A program made the position numbers and the translations under genes. From Okamejei kenojei (Eukaryota): a stretch of DNA of 64,000 nucleotides. Location of the stretch: NCBI GenBank assembly GCA_035221665.1, contig CM069137.1, positions 75,082,001 to 75,146,000 on the forward strand, in the 5' to 3' direction. This document shows positions 12,322 through 25,355 of the stretch, piece after piece. Position 1 is the stretch's first letter; every line of letters starts with the position of its first letter. The notes beneath the pieces are model-generated. The model made no database searches, was not told the origin of the DNA, and worked only from the letters and a program-made list of their open reading frames with translations.

Positions 12322-14348
12322 GAGCCACAGTTTAATTTTCGGGTAATTTCAAGATTTTCGAAAGTTTGGTAGAGATCCGGCTTCGGTCAACTGCCTTTGT
12401 TTGTAATTCCTTTTAGATTTTGAGGTCTGACTAAAGTAAAATCTTTTCGGGACTTCTGTAGGGAATCGTGAGATCATAAAATGACAAGAGACAAACAGTC
12501 GTTTTTCCTTCCGGTGAGGATGTGGTGGCGGTGTCTGCTTTGATTTTACTGCTCCCGATTTTAGCTGTGAAGGATCATTTTTTGTCAAGTTGCAGGTAAG
12601 TATGGATCTTAAAGAGTAAAACACGTTGTTAAATGATAGACTTGGGATCATTGATAGTAGAAACAAAAACTGACTATTATGTTTCTGCAATTGACGTTAG
12701 TTGTGTTACTTTAGAAAACAGGAGTGACTTTGGATTATCTTGTTCTCATATTCGACATAATAAATTGTACGTTTCCATAATCATATACGCATTTGGGTTA
12801 CTGTTGTTACGCTTGCATTGTTGTTGCTAAATGAAAAAGTGACATGATAATATTATATAGAATCATACAGAGTTTTGATGCATCGCATGATGTTGTAACA
12901 AAATCAGCTTAATTTGAAATTAAAAAAACAGAAAAACGCAAGGCACATGTATTTTGATGCCAGCGTCGGCAAACTCATTGGGATTTACAACAGCAGGCGT
13001 ATTGCACCATTTGCTTTCGTTTAGATTTAAAATAAAGTTTGCGGTGTTCGAATTTACCGATACTAATCTTCAGACATATTTGTCTTTTTTCTCTACTAAA
13101 AACCGTAAAATTAAGGAGAGATTAAATTAAATTACTGTATTCTATTTAAATACACGCGTTTAAACACAACATTCGAATGGAATTTAAGATCCGTATTTTA
13201 AACCCAGTCGTAAATGTTAGGCGCAGGAGAGCTACACTATCCTTTTCTGCTTAAATGTGGACACACTGGGAGCAGAGCCATTTTACTTTTCGCCTACAAA
13301 TCAATTGTAAACTTTAACGTAATTCCAATACTCCCACTGTAAATGATTTTTGGTTGATTTTTAAAAATCAAATGACTTAATATGTTGCATTTAACGCTGC
13401 GGTTGAGGGACCGACTTCCGGCAAAGACAACGGTAATGTATAGTATTGTTTAATTTTATGATTAACGTGTATATTCTTGCTAAATCCCCAAACCAGATTT
13501 TGCACATTGTATTCACTTTTTTTTAAACCGGCGTATTCGTTGTCATGAACTCATCCCTAAATTCGGCACGGAATTTATTTTCCAATCGCGTTAGAAGATT
13601 TAGATTGGCGTTCACGTGTCTGACTTTTGAACCTAGTCTTCGTTTATTCGTCCTTTTGCGAGCACACGGAAACAAAACAAAATATGTAGTATGCAAGATT
13701 TACACTTACATGCGGTCATCAAGGGATTTGGACGGTACAAAAAATACTGACCAACACACGAATAAAAGAAGCGTATCAAATATAAATTGTCCAGAAATGT
13801 CTGGTTGTAATGTTAAACGTTTATTCGACCTAAATAGATATCACTATTGTATAATATTGAGGAATAATATATTATCTCTATGAATTATCTCTATGGACAA
13901 TATATTTAATGTTCTTTAATGTTATTTTCTTTAATTATCAAATAATTTTTGAAACTGGTTTGCAATACTTTAGCGAAAGTGGGATTATTTCGGTTTTAAA
14001 CTAAGTACAATACGTGTATATCAAATATAGAATGTAACCAACATAGCAATTATTCTGTGAAATATATATGTGTTTGTAGGTCAGAATGGTCGCGTTAAAG
14101 TGTTTTCCTGAACAACATTTGCACCCCGTTGCCTCCAGCGAGCGGCGTCGCCCTCACAGCCGGCAAGTACACATGGACGTGGACTTGGCTATTTCAGTTG
14201 CGAGTTGTATTGGGACGTAGGCGGTGCCAAAAAAAGCTGCTTCCGCTTGTCTTGTGACCCTCCAGGAGCCAATCGACGAGCGCCTTTCATTTATCTCTGT
14301 CTGGAAGCTAAATAGGAGACAGAGAAGATCTGATCGCGCTTCTCGGAA

Positions 14349-14928
14349 ATGTGCGAGCACAATCTGCTAAATTCAGGCTATGTCGGCTCCCTGTTAAATT
14401 TTGCCAGCCCGGAGCCTTTCTACTTTCCCAACCTGCGTCCGAATGCGGCTCAACTGGCAAGTCTGTCACCCGCACTCTCTTACACCCGCCGGGAGGTGTG
14501 CTCGCTCCCGTGGACTTCGAGTCCATGCGCATCGCCGCCGCAGAGCCGCGCCTTCAGCGGCTACTCTCAGTCCTATCTCAGCAATTCTGTCTCCATCAGC
14601 ATCAATAGGCATGGATCAGACAAAGCAGCGGCCGGCGAAGAGCCCACCAAATACTACTTCCAAGACAGCAGCCGAAAACTGGAGGAGAGATGCAGACACA
14701 GTCAGTCCTACCCAAGTGATACCAGTATCCCTTCTTCAGTCAATATCAATCCTGCTAAGTACGAGTACCCAAACGTGGAAACATCTCTCCATGGCTCCTC
14801 CTTACATAATCAAGGCTTTGAATTGAATTCCAACTCTCCCTCTGTAAATGAAGGCGTCAAGCAATGTGTGAGCCTCAATATGTCATTACAGTCACCAGTA
14901 ACACCAGTGTGCAACAGATCCTCCGATG
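14349..14928 (+). CDS. HOXD12: Homeobox protein Hox-D12, exon 1
   Basis: MCEHNLLNSGYVGSLLNFASPEPFYFPNLRPNAAQLASL is the Hox12 N-terminus; donor GATG|gtacag, phase 1. Confidence 0.93.
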
Positions 14929-15614
14929 GTACAGTATCAGTGCAGTATTAAAACGATAACCGTTTGAAAAAAAATGCGGTATCCGTCCTCGTTCAAAGTG
15001 CTACCTGTCATCTTCATTTGTTGAACATCGGTGATCTTGGAACAAATATGCTTAAAGCAATCAAAATCACCAAGAAATAATTATTGTAATTACATTACGA
15101 GATAATACAAACGTAGATCAAACCATAGATGATAACTAGTTATTGTACCTAAAGCGTATAATTACAACGTCGTTTTAAAAAAAAAACTTTAAACGTTAGT
15201 CAACTTAAACGACAAAAAGAACATAGCATATATCTGATTTTGTTTTGTAATTTTATTTGGAGGCCAAAAAAAAAATCAAAATATCTCTTTGTTATGATTT
15301 AAATTAGTTAGCTCTGTACGTTGACGATGACAGAATATTTAGATGATCGGATGCCTTGTTTAAATATTTGTGTTTATTCTATTTGTCTTGGGGAATACTT
15401 AAACTGCTTGGTAGCGTTGGCTGTTGTTTGCATGATTAAAGACCAGCAAAGTAAAGAATATGGTATCGAATAATAACCAAATTATGAATCCTGCAACGTT
15501 GACAATGTTAGCGCGCGAACTAACAAACACATTAAAGTATCGACTAGCTTGCGATGATAACGTGGGTAAAGTGCGACAATGTCTTCAACGTTTTTTTCCA
15601 ATTTCGATTTGCAG

Positions 15615-15853
15615 GGCTCTCCTGGTGCCCGACCCAAGTGAGGTCAAGGAGGAAACGCAAGCCATACACAAAGCAACAGATAGCTGAACTTGAAAATGAA
15701 TTCCTCGCGAACGAGTTTATCAACCGACAGAAGAGAAAGGAATTGTCCGACAGGCTAAACCTGAGCGACCAACAAGTCAAAATCTGGTTTCAAAACCGGC
15801 GCATGAAAAAGAAAAGACTTGTTATGCGCGAACAAACGCTCTCACTCTTTTAG
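15615..15853 (+). CDS. HOXD12: Hox-D12, exon 2 (homeobox)
   Basis: Acceptor tttgcag|GG; [70 protein letters not shown], where [11 protein letters not shown] and [10 protein letters not shown] are D12-type. Confidence 0.97.
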
Positions 15854-18800
15854 ACCAAAGTAAAGTTTAAATGTGAGTTTCAAGGTCGTGAATTAAACTT
15901 TTTTAATGGTAATTAAGCTTGCTCGCAGAAAGCATGTAGATCAAGAATATCCATTGTTTTAATGGAAAGGTGCTCCTTTGATGTGCTGTCATATAAAACA
16001 GCAATCTACCATTACATTGCCACTGCCACTAGTCCAGGGCGTGTTGGTTTAGTTTAACCTCAGCGGCATAAAGGGACTGAGATGCAAACTATGGATACCT
16101 CGTGAAATATCGTTATAGCAGGAAATTGAACGCCGGGCAAAAAAAAAAAAAAAAAGACTTTCGGTTACCAGTATCTTGCTGCCGTGGATGACATACCAGC
16201 GCCTTAACATCACCATTGAATAGTTTCAAATGACATTTGTAGCTATTTCGTTTCTTGTTTGTTTAATTTGCTCCATGACTCTTCACTTGAGTAACAAGCA
16301 GATATTCTGCATTTTGAGAATGTAAGTACAACAGGTAATTAGAATGGAACATTCGTATTTTAATCTTAAAAATACAAATATTATGCATGCACTCTACCTA
16401 TGTAAATTGAGTAATAATAAAACGAATGTCGAAACAATTGTTCGTTTGTATATATGTCATGTTCTTTACTAATTGAATTATAAAGGTAGAGCCGGTAGGC
16501 TGATTAATTGTAAGGTGTATGCGCATCTTATCAAGATGCAGACTTAATCGTGGGTATTACATTCATCTTTGGAAAGCAGAGCGTGTTGGGGATATATGAT
16601 AGCTATGGCTGCGGATTTTAGTCAGGAGTAGGTGCGCGAATTATTTACATTCTGGCCACGCTTCAATATGTGTGCTGCTCTGATTTTCAAGACTGCGCTT
16701 ACTTCTGCCGCATTACTCTGTTACCTATTGAACCCAACTGAAATTACAGGTGAATCTGGTGCGTATAATAAAACAAGTAAGCAAATGGTGTCAAACAAAT
16801 TAAATAAATAAAACACATGAGCAATAAACAGTTACATATTTGTATTTTCCCTGGGTCTTTTAAAGACCCGCACTGAACAAAACAAGAAAGAAATGCGCTT
16901 CATTTTTAAAATAAAATTGATTTATTGCTGTCATTTTAGTTCTGTAACGTAATTACTGAAGGAGCCATTTCTAAATGTTACAATATTTATACACTAGCTT
17001 TTTAATTCTGATGTACAATATTAACCCGCTACACCAGCCGCGGTACTGGGAAGTATCAATTGTCAAACAGCCAAATCGCAAGGTACAAAGCTTCAAACTC
17101 AACGGCTTCCAAACAAAGCATTAATATTGCACCAACATTAATTTACATGCGAGCTCATTTTTCTCCGTCTATTTAGTTTACCTATCAACTTGAATTTTTG
17201 ATCGTTTAAAAAGTCTGACGAACACTTCGATATTTTGACACGATGGGAATATAATCACATCGAATCCAGACTAAACGAAATTATTTTCTCCCTATATTAA
17301 AGCTGAAACTGTGCCCAATAGAAATACTTCATAACATTAAGACACCCCGTGGTTTTTCTCTCCCACTTTCAATCTGTTGGCTTCTGATTTGATTATAGGT
17401 CATTTAATACTTCCCGGTTGGGAGGTATTTCCTCAATTATCCATTTTTCATCTGCAATGGATCTTTTTTTTGATTAAAAACAATATTAGCTGCCCCCTAC
17501 GGAAGTGTTACCAGCTAATTTCAAAGTATTCACTTACATCGCCAGAAAGAGTAAGCAACCTTTCCGTAAGACTATAGTTATTTGATCGGTTATGACGTGA
17601 TCTATTTCATTTGAAGCAATAAATGGACATTTGTTAATTTAATGTCCTACCGTTTGGCGGCGATTCAATTATTGCCGAACAGTTCAGAAATTAATATTTC
17701 CTAAGAAATGTAGCAATAATAATCGATATTCAAGAATGAAGCAAAGAGGTAACTACCTCTTCCGAAGGGGATCATTTCAATAGCCTTTTATGGACCACAT
17801 CACAGCCGGGTCCGAATTGATTCATTTCTTTAAAAAGATGGATTCAAGTTTTTCATTAATTTCAATGTTGCTATGTAATTAAGTTATGGTTATTAATGAA
17901 TGAGGGCTTTACGGGAAGCTCTGTACCTGTGCCTGAGCATTTAGCAGAGGATGTAAACGAGAGCAAATGAGTTGCAGCCTCTTTAATTTTCTTTCCAGCA
18001 AATCAGGGCGTGGGTGGGCTGAAAACAGACAGTTCTTCCAATCCCGCCATTTGTTTGGCCTGCCATTAATTAAGCATGCGCCGGGAGATTTTCATAAATC
18101 TTTTAAAACCGTTTATTGAAACATATCAATTTCAAAATAAAAATGAATCTATTAAATGCAATTATTTGACACCGCATATCTTTTTTTGGGGATCCATCAA
18201 CAATATTTCACGGGACTTAAATATGTTGAGATAATAAATGGTGAACGACCAGTTCTCAGGATTGTTACACTGTGCCTATGAAATTCAAATAGTGTTTTGT
18301 TTCAAACCACGTATGTAAATGAGAATTGCACTGCAAACTACGAAGCGACACTGTTAACAGCATTAATACAATTCGAGGGAAATATTGAAATATTTCCTGG
18401 TGGTAAAACGACTGTTTATGCCCTTGTTCCTGGGCGTCATGTTTCTTGCGAGCAAATAAAAGAAAAAAATAGGTGCCTGTAGCCCAGATGTTACATACAT
18501 TTTCCTGTGTTCCTGTGAACTGGGTAATGAAAAGAGAAGTGCTGCCTTTGTCTGGGGCCTTTTCCATTTCAGGAAGACGGGTTTTATGAGAGAAAATACT
18601 TTAGATTAGGAGACACGGAAGTAAAGTTTCCACCATTGCCACTGCATATAAAATATCGAATTAAATGTTTATATCTCCCACCAAAATCAATTCTCGGAGG
18701 ATTGGTATATATTTGCATAATATTACGCGGATTGCACTATTAAGTGTGCTAGAAACGAACTCGTGAAGTTATGCATTGCCCACGCTACCACAACTCCAAG

Positions 18801-19349
18801 TGCAATGACGATAATAACGGTAGCCTTTCTACCGACGCGTTGTCTTACATCATGGGCTGCACATTGATATACACAAACACCAACATTTGTAGGCCTCGTC
18901 TGAGTCCGAAGATATGCAAACTGTGATTCCATACATTGACGTTTCGTAATTTTTTTTGTTGATGTTATTATCATGCCGGTTCAAACAGTACTTGGAAATA
19001 AAAATGCCTGGGATTCCTGTAGTTTAGCGTTGCAAATTCACGTGTAAATTGAATTATAAATTGACTTATTAAAAAAGTCCTCCTGCCGTTCCAACGACTG
19101 TTGGTGTCTTTTGGGGAATGATTAGTCCTGAGCATGATGCTGAATTTCTAAATACTTTCCCAATGCATTAAACATAGACCTTTATTTCAACTATGTTATT
19201 CACATTCATCTGTTGGATAAACCTAACTCACACAAAATGCTTGAAAACCTAAATGCATTGCAACAATGTTATCGGATTTGCAGCAGTGCTAACCCAAGCT
19301 TTGGGAAATTGTCGACTTTCAGTTGAATCGCCCAGAATCTCTTTTTCAT

Positions 19350-19440
19350 TTCATTTTTATGGTCGAGCTGCCAGACGGTGTCTCTACATGTTTTCCAGAT
19401 ACCGGGGGCGCCATAACAAAGTTAAGGTCAAGTTAGTGCT
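19350..19440. promoter_or_regulatory. Candidate conserved element between HoxD12 and HoxD11 (position of mouse region X)
   Basis: TTTTATGG and CCATAA Cdx/Abd-B sites, a GGGGGCGCC core, and the DR0-like AAGTTA-AGGTCA at 19419-19430. The region name is assigned by position only. Confidence 0.5.
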
Positions 19441-22032
19441 TCTTTTTGGATCGCAGAAGTCTAACATACCGCTCACCGGTCGTGTACTTCGCCTGACCAA
19501 TGAAAGTTGCTTTCCACATTGGAAAGTATTATTTTTTCGTGCAGTGCAACACAAAAAAATATATAACGAGGCTAATATTTTGCTGGATCGTCAAACTGAA
19601 AACAAAGATCGTGGTCTTGATGAATTGCGTAAGAGAAGCAACGCCCTACAATCTAGATTCTTGCATCGCTTAATGTTGTATGTAAGAGAATGATATCTGA
19701 ACTTGTGCTACAAAGAAAAACATATATTGTAAATCGGTATTAACGTTGAGTCCCCATCGCCGGTCTGCAGCGTGTTAGACTCTTGCAGACTATAAGCATT
19801 AAGTGCGCTCCGAACACGAGACGGGAACAAAGGCCACGCGTAATTCCCGTTCTATTCGCAGTTATTGCCAAGTTATTGAACAGCGCTGGCTAATGCTATT
19901 TGACCGTTGAGTTTTTGATCAATTAATATAAATTACCTTGAGGTTTTGGCCAGCACTTTAATCTTTTTTTCAAATAGCTGCATTGAACAACAGTAGTATT
20001 ATAACCACATAATAACTGATTAAATCGTGTCAGTCACGAGCCTGTGAACAGTAGTCGCAAGGATGAGACATATTAATGAAACATGGCAAATATTAGGTTC
20101 CAACGGAACGTTTAAAACCTTCATATGTTGTATAGTAGTGTGTGAGTGTGCCTGTGTTAGAAGTGTCGTATTTCTAATAATTTACATGGCATGCTGCCGA
20201 ACACCCAGCATTTAATCCTTCATTGTGAGTTTGCCGTATATTTGTTATACCCTATTACCGTTAACGAGAAGATGGATCACTTAGTTGTATTAGGTTTTAC
20301 ATTTTTTATTTAACCTCCTCGGTATGCGGGGTTTAATCATTACGAGTAGTGACATCAAATTCCGATCTTTTAGCATACTAGACTTTCTTTTTCTGGTATT
20401 ATCATTATTATTTCTACAGCAAACAAATACCACACTGGAGGCTGGATCTCACTAATTAAACCAGCACAGTGTCACATGCCTTATGCTGACATCGACCGGA
20501 TGTCACATTTTATATATCTGTGCCCGTGGATTCAACGAATCTAAATTCGCATATTATTATATTTAGAAGTTTCTAGTAATCTATATATGTTTCAGAAAAA
20601 TATAATTTTGTTTCCAAAAATAAAAAGCTCAATAGTGCGTGTCAGTTCGGTCAGTATATGAAATGTATTTGCATATTCTTGTTAATCGAGAGTTCCCAAT
20701 TTATTTAGGTGTCATTCTCAGATTGCTCGAATTTGTGGCACAGAATTTTGATCTAAGCCGCCAGCTGTAAATGTGCTCAACTATGGATTTTAATCCGTCA
20801 AACATTGATCATGCATAATATGGGAGAATAACATAAAAATAAAAATGTTATTCTGCACCGGTGAACTTTTGTTTCTCTCTGTGAAGCTAATTTTCCTATA
20901 GATCAATTTAGATTTGATAGTTACTTGCAACCTTCCTCTGGTTTAATTTTCGCTTGACTGGTGTTCCATTAAGAGAGCTGCAGTGTAGCCCACGTTTGTA
21001 GATTCAAAGACTTTTCAAATCAAAATTTCGCTCTCGTGCAAATCAAACTATTTAAAAAAAAAATCCAGGTTATTGGAAGTGAGTGAATTACGGAAAATCG
21101 CATCAATGCAGGGCCTTTAATCCTTAAGCGTACTGAAAGCCATTTTCCATCTTTTTAGCATACCAGACTTTCATATTACATTTCCATTGTTTTAATTTGA
21201 AAGGAAGCTTCGCAATAATAGCGTACCTAGAGTGACTCTCGTGTCCTGAGAATATTCTAACTTTTGTAGCACGACCATATTTTGATGTTAGTCGTAATGG
21301 TGGCGCTTGCTGTGGGGTGGAGTTCAAGCAGTTCACGAGTCTCCAACCTTCAAAATCCTGTGATTTATACACACCCTCTTAGTGCTAAAATATAATATTA
21401 AATTCACACATCCTGGACAGTCGGCTTACGAAATGTAAATTATACATTATCATTTAATGTAGTAAAGCAAGATAGGTAATTGCATATTCCTGTCAGTAGC
21501 AAGTTCCTGATTTATTTAATATACTGAAGCAGAAGCAAAATAATTAAAAACTAGCCATTTCAAAATAATTTCATTATCCTTTACAATGATTGGCATTTCC
21601 ACACGTTTCTGTGTGATACATATTTTGAAAATTGTATTCATCGAATTTATAAATACATAATTTAACCATGATGTAGTTTAGCCTGCAAGTAACATTTGCA
21701 TTTGCCAACAGCAAATTATTACGAAATGTAAAAGATAATAATTTATATTATTTCTGACAGAATATGTCTCGAGTTATTATGAATATGAATTCACCAGCTA
21801 ATGAACCCCAATTGATGGTTTTGATGTTTTCAAAAGTCCAAATGCAAATATGACAGACTCCGATACGGACACTTCATTTTTTATTGTAGTTTGTTATTTC
21901 CCCAGTCAGAGCACAAATCCTCGATCATGGGAAAGAAACGCAGCTAACATGTAACTACTGAAAGCCAATAGGCTAATTTCGAATTATCTACCGGTTCCCA
22001 AGGATGGATCTTAATGACCAAAACTGATATAT

Positions 22033-22113
22033 GGTAATTTCTACATTGGATCACATGACTCGTTTACCCTCAGAATCAATCAAGATGAATTGCACGTCAG
22101 CTTACGTTCCCAA
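22033..22113 (+). promoter_or_regulatory. HoxD11 proximal promoter (CCAAT plus E-box)
   Basis: taatttctacATTGGaTCACATGA...gcacgtcagcttacg about 170 bp upstream of the ATG; resembles recalled Hox11 promoters. Confidence 0.6.
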
Positions 22114-22223
22114 TCTTTTTTTTCTTTCGCCGACCCGTTCATACGCCTTTAGAGTAGAATAGATGGAGCATGCTTAACGCCATCAATCCTGATAATTTGT
22201 TCTCGAAACCACGAAAACAAAAC

Positions 22224-22827
22224 ATGACTGAGTTTGAAGAGCGTGGTAGCTGCAACTCCAGCATGTATCTACCCAGCTGCACCTACTATGTTTCAGGCCA
22301 AGATTTCTCGGCAGTGTCAACGTTCTTACCGCAGACGACTTCTTGCCAAATGACATTTCCGTACTCCTCTAATTTAGCTCAGGTCCAACCTGTTCGCGAA
22401 GTATCGTTCAGAGACTACGGGTTAGAACTTCCGACCAAGTGGCATTACAGGGGCAACTATACTCCTTATTGCCCTGCAGAAGAGATCATGCACAGAGACT
22501 ATATCCAGCCACCGGCCAGGACGGGAATGTTGTTTAAAAATGATAATGTATACAGTCAGCGTGCAAGCTCAAATCCATCTTGCAATTTCTACACCACAGT
22601 TGGCAGGAATGGAATACTCCCGCAAGGTTTTGATCAGTTTTTTGAGACAGCCTATGGGATTCCCGACACTTCTAATTATGAACATTTGACCGAAAAGTCC
22701 GTGTCTACGTGCCAGAGTATTACAGCGTCTGATAAAGTTTCTGTGGATCAAACGAAAGAAAGTGCAACCGAAAAGAACACCGGCGAGTCCTCCGGTAACA
22801 GTGTGGCCGACAAAGACAGCCTATCCA
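22224..22827 (+). CDS. HOXD11: Homeobox protein Hox-D11, exon 1
   Basis: MTEFEERGSCNSSMYLPSCTYYVS...YSSNLAQVQPVREVSFRDYGLE...VGRNGILPQGFDQFFE is the Hox11 N-terminal domain. An in-frame upstream ATG at 22170 is possible; donor TCCA|gtaggt, phase 1. Confidence 0.92.
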
Positions 22828-23368
22828 GTAGGTGCATTGGTAACCCAGGGGTAGAATATAGGGCCAACACATTTTGTCTCACAGATTTTATGTGAAATTT
22901 TATAAGCAGACGCAGGATTTTATATACCCTATAAGATCTGCTTTAAAGCTGTAAAGATTGTTTACGATGGGAAATCAGTTTAGGTGGGCTTTTTGAATAT
23001 GCAAAATCATGATTACTCGATGTGTAAGTTCCTGTATTAATTTCTGTAATGTGACTATTATTTGTGCGATGATATTTTTGTTCTATGTTTCGCGAATCCT
23101 TTCGTTCGTGCAAACAAGACCGAGCTTAATTCAGGATTCGTTTCTTCTACTTAACTTTCAATATGGGTATAACCATGCAATAAATTAATTAAACACGCGA
23201 TTACATATATTCATTGTATATCTCTATGGTGATTAATTAAAGGTAGCCGTGTGTGACCGCTATGTTTTTGCGCCATTTTACATCAAGTTTAACTAGGTAT
23301 AAGAAAATAAAGATCGCGTCTATTGGTTTAAGATAATTTGTAACTTTTTAAAACCACTTTTCCATCAG

Positions 23369-23601
23369 CTACTCTGCGATCCAGAAAGAAAAGATGCCCC
23401 TATACCAAATATCAGATTCGGGAACTTGAGCGAGAATTTTTCTTCAATGTCTACATCAACAAAGAGAAGCGTTTGCAATTGTCGAGGATGTTGAACCTCA
23501 CCGACCGACAAGTCAAAATATGGTTCCAGAATCGCAGAATGAAGGAAAAGAAACTTAGCAGAGACCGCCTGCACTTTTTTACTGGTAATCCTTTATTGTG
23601 A
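23369..23601 (+). CDS. HOXD11: Hox-D11, exon 2 (homeobox; missing from the ORF track)
   Basis: Acceptor cttttccatcag|CT; manual translation gives [76 protein letters not shown]. Confidence 0.96.
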
Positions 23602-24889
23602 CTATGATACAGCATACCCTGATGGATTCCCTTTGGCCGACTCTTCATTGCCTTAGTCAATATTTATTTACACAAGGAGGGACTGCAAGTTTGATGGAAA
23701 CGGTTTTGCTGTTCTTGTATGGAAACCAATTTAAACGATTAACATAGAATTGAATTTGAGATGACGCGATGGTGCAGATAACATGGACGTAATGTTGATT
23801 AGGAAACATTCGTACCTCAGCATAGATGTTATTCCGTTCCAAAGGAAGAAGTTTGATTCTGCGGGATATTCAGCGACAATAAACGGTTTTTATTTTAAAC
23901 AGCAAACTGGGGTAAGGGAGGGCTAAAATTAAATATTGTTAGTTCACAGCGATGGGTCAATCACATAAGACAATGTGTTCGATTTCTTCTTTTAGTCGAC
24001 GTTAGCCAAACTAACCAGAATGTTTTAAGTTGTGTATTCCGGTGAAAAGAAGAAATGCATATTTATTACTTTACCCTTCCAGTCTATGTCATGAGATAAT
24101 TGTAATATACTGTAGCTAGGGACGTTTAAAGCAGATGTGATGTTAATAATAATGTTTCCGGGTTACACACTAGTTGACATTTCACGGTAAACGCATGTGA
24201 TAGGATGTCTTTCCTTTCCAAATAAACATTCAATATGTTAATATTGAAATTTCAATATGTTATTCCAAACATTTCAAATAAAACATCTTTTTACGATAAA
24301 ACGACCATTTGCGTCTTTATAAGAAAATTCCGTGCAAATGGTTCCAAAGACCACCGTCAAATAACATAATTATGATTAAATTCTGCAATATAGCGAAAAG
24401 CAAACATTATAGTTTATTGGATTAATTACGAAATAGTGGAAACCGGAAATATAATCCGTGTTGCCTAATCCTTTGACTATTTTCGGCATACATGGATCCC
24501 AGGTTCTTATGTTTCACGTCTCTCTGAGCAGCCATTTAGTATACAGCCTTGATACAAAAATGGAAACACAATGTGCCCTGTTTTAGATGTAAAGCTATAT
24601 GTTAAACTGAAGTTTTGCTTCTTAAGCATAATAGAAAGTTGTAATTTGTTTTTTATAAATAGTTTGATTTAATATTATTACCAGTCAGTACCTGGAAATC
24701 AATTGATGGGTCTATTTCGATTACTTGTGAGGACAAAAGACAAATAGCAACATATGTGAACAATTTGCTGAATTTCAGCTGAAGGGAGGCACTTAAATGT
24801 ACACATTAGATCGGACAACTTGTAGCTCACCTCGGAGACTTATTAGAAGAGCGAGTTAAGCTTCGCAAAACTCTTCGAAAAAGAATTGC

Positions 24890-25355
24890 CAAATTTCCGT
24901 GCCGCATGACATAGCTTTGCTGTTTACAAAACCTTGAACTGTCTAGACAACATCGTAAAGTTCACTGCTCCAAACAGCTTAATGGCTACTTATTGCACCT
25001 TCTAGTCACGAAGATGGGCTTCCGCATTCTATTCCAAACAAAAGGATCGAAGGAAATCAAAGTAAATAGGGCCGACTAGATGATTTTAAAAAGGAAGAAA
25101 CCACAACATCAATTACATTTATAAAGTTTCACATTTGAAAAAAAAAGTATAACAAAAACTGGATTGTGCATAAATTAAGTCCATTGAATCTGTCAAACTT
25201 AATGAAGACCAGGATGATGCTCAAAAAGTGGTGTCGTCTCCTGAGCATACTAAAGCATATTTCGTGAAGAGGATGCTTATAATGTTGCCTTTGAACTTCT
25301 ATAAAGTCAAGGTCATCACCTTTAACCTTTTTAAAGACATAGGCGCCTGGTGGCT
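24890..25355. promoter_or_regulatory. Candidate regions VIII/IX (nuclear-receptor elements 3' of HoxD11)
   Basis: tttacaAAACCTTGAACT at 24929-24940; TGCCTTTGAACT 25286-25297, AAGTCAAGGTCA 25304-25315 and TCACCTTTAACCT 25316-25328. Mouse RVIII/RIX lie in this interval and RIX carries nuclear-receptor sites. Confidence 0.65.
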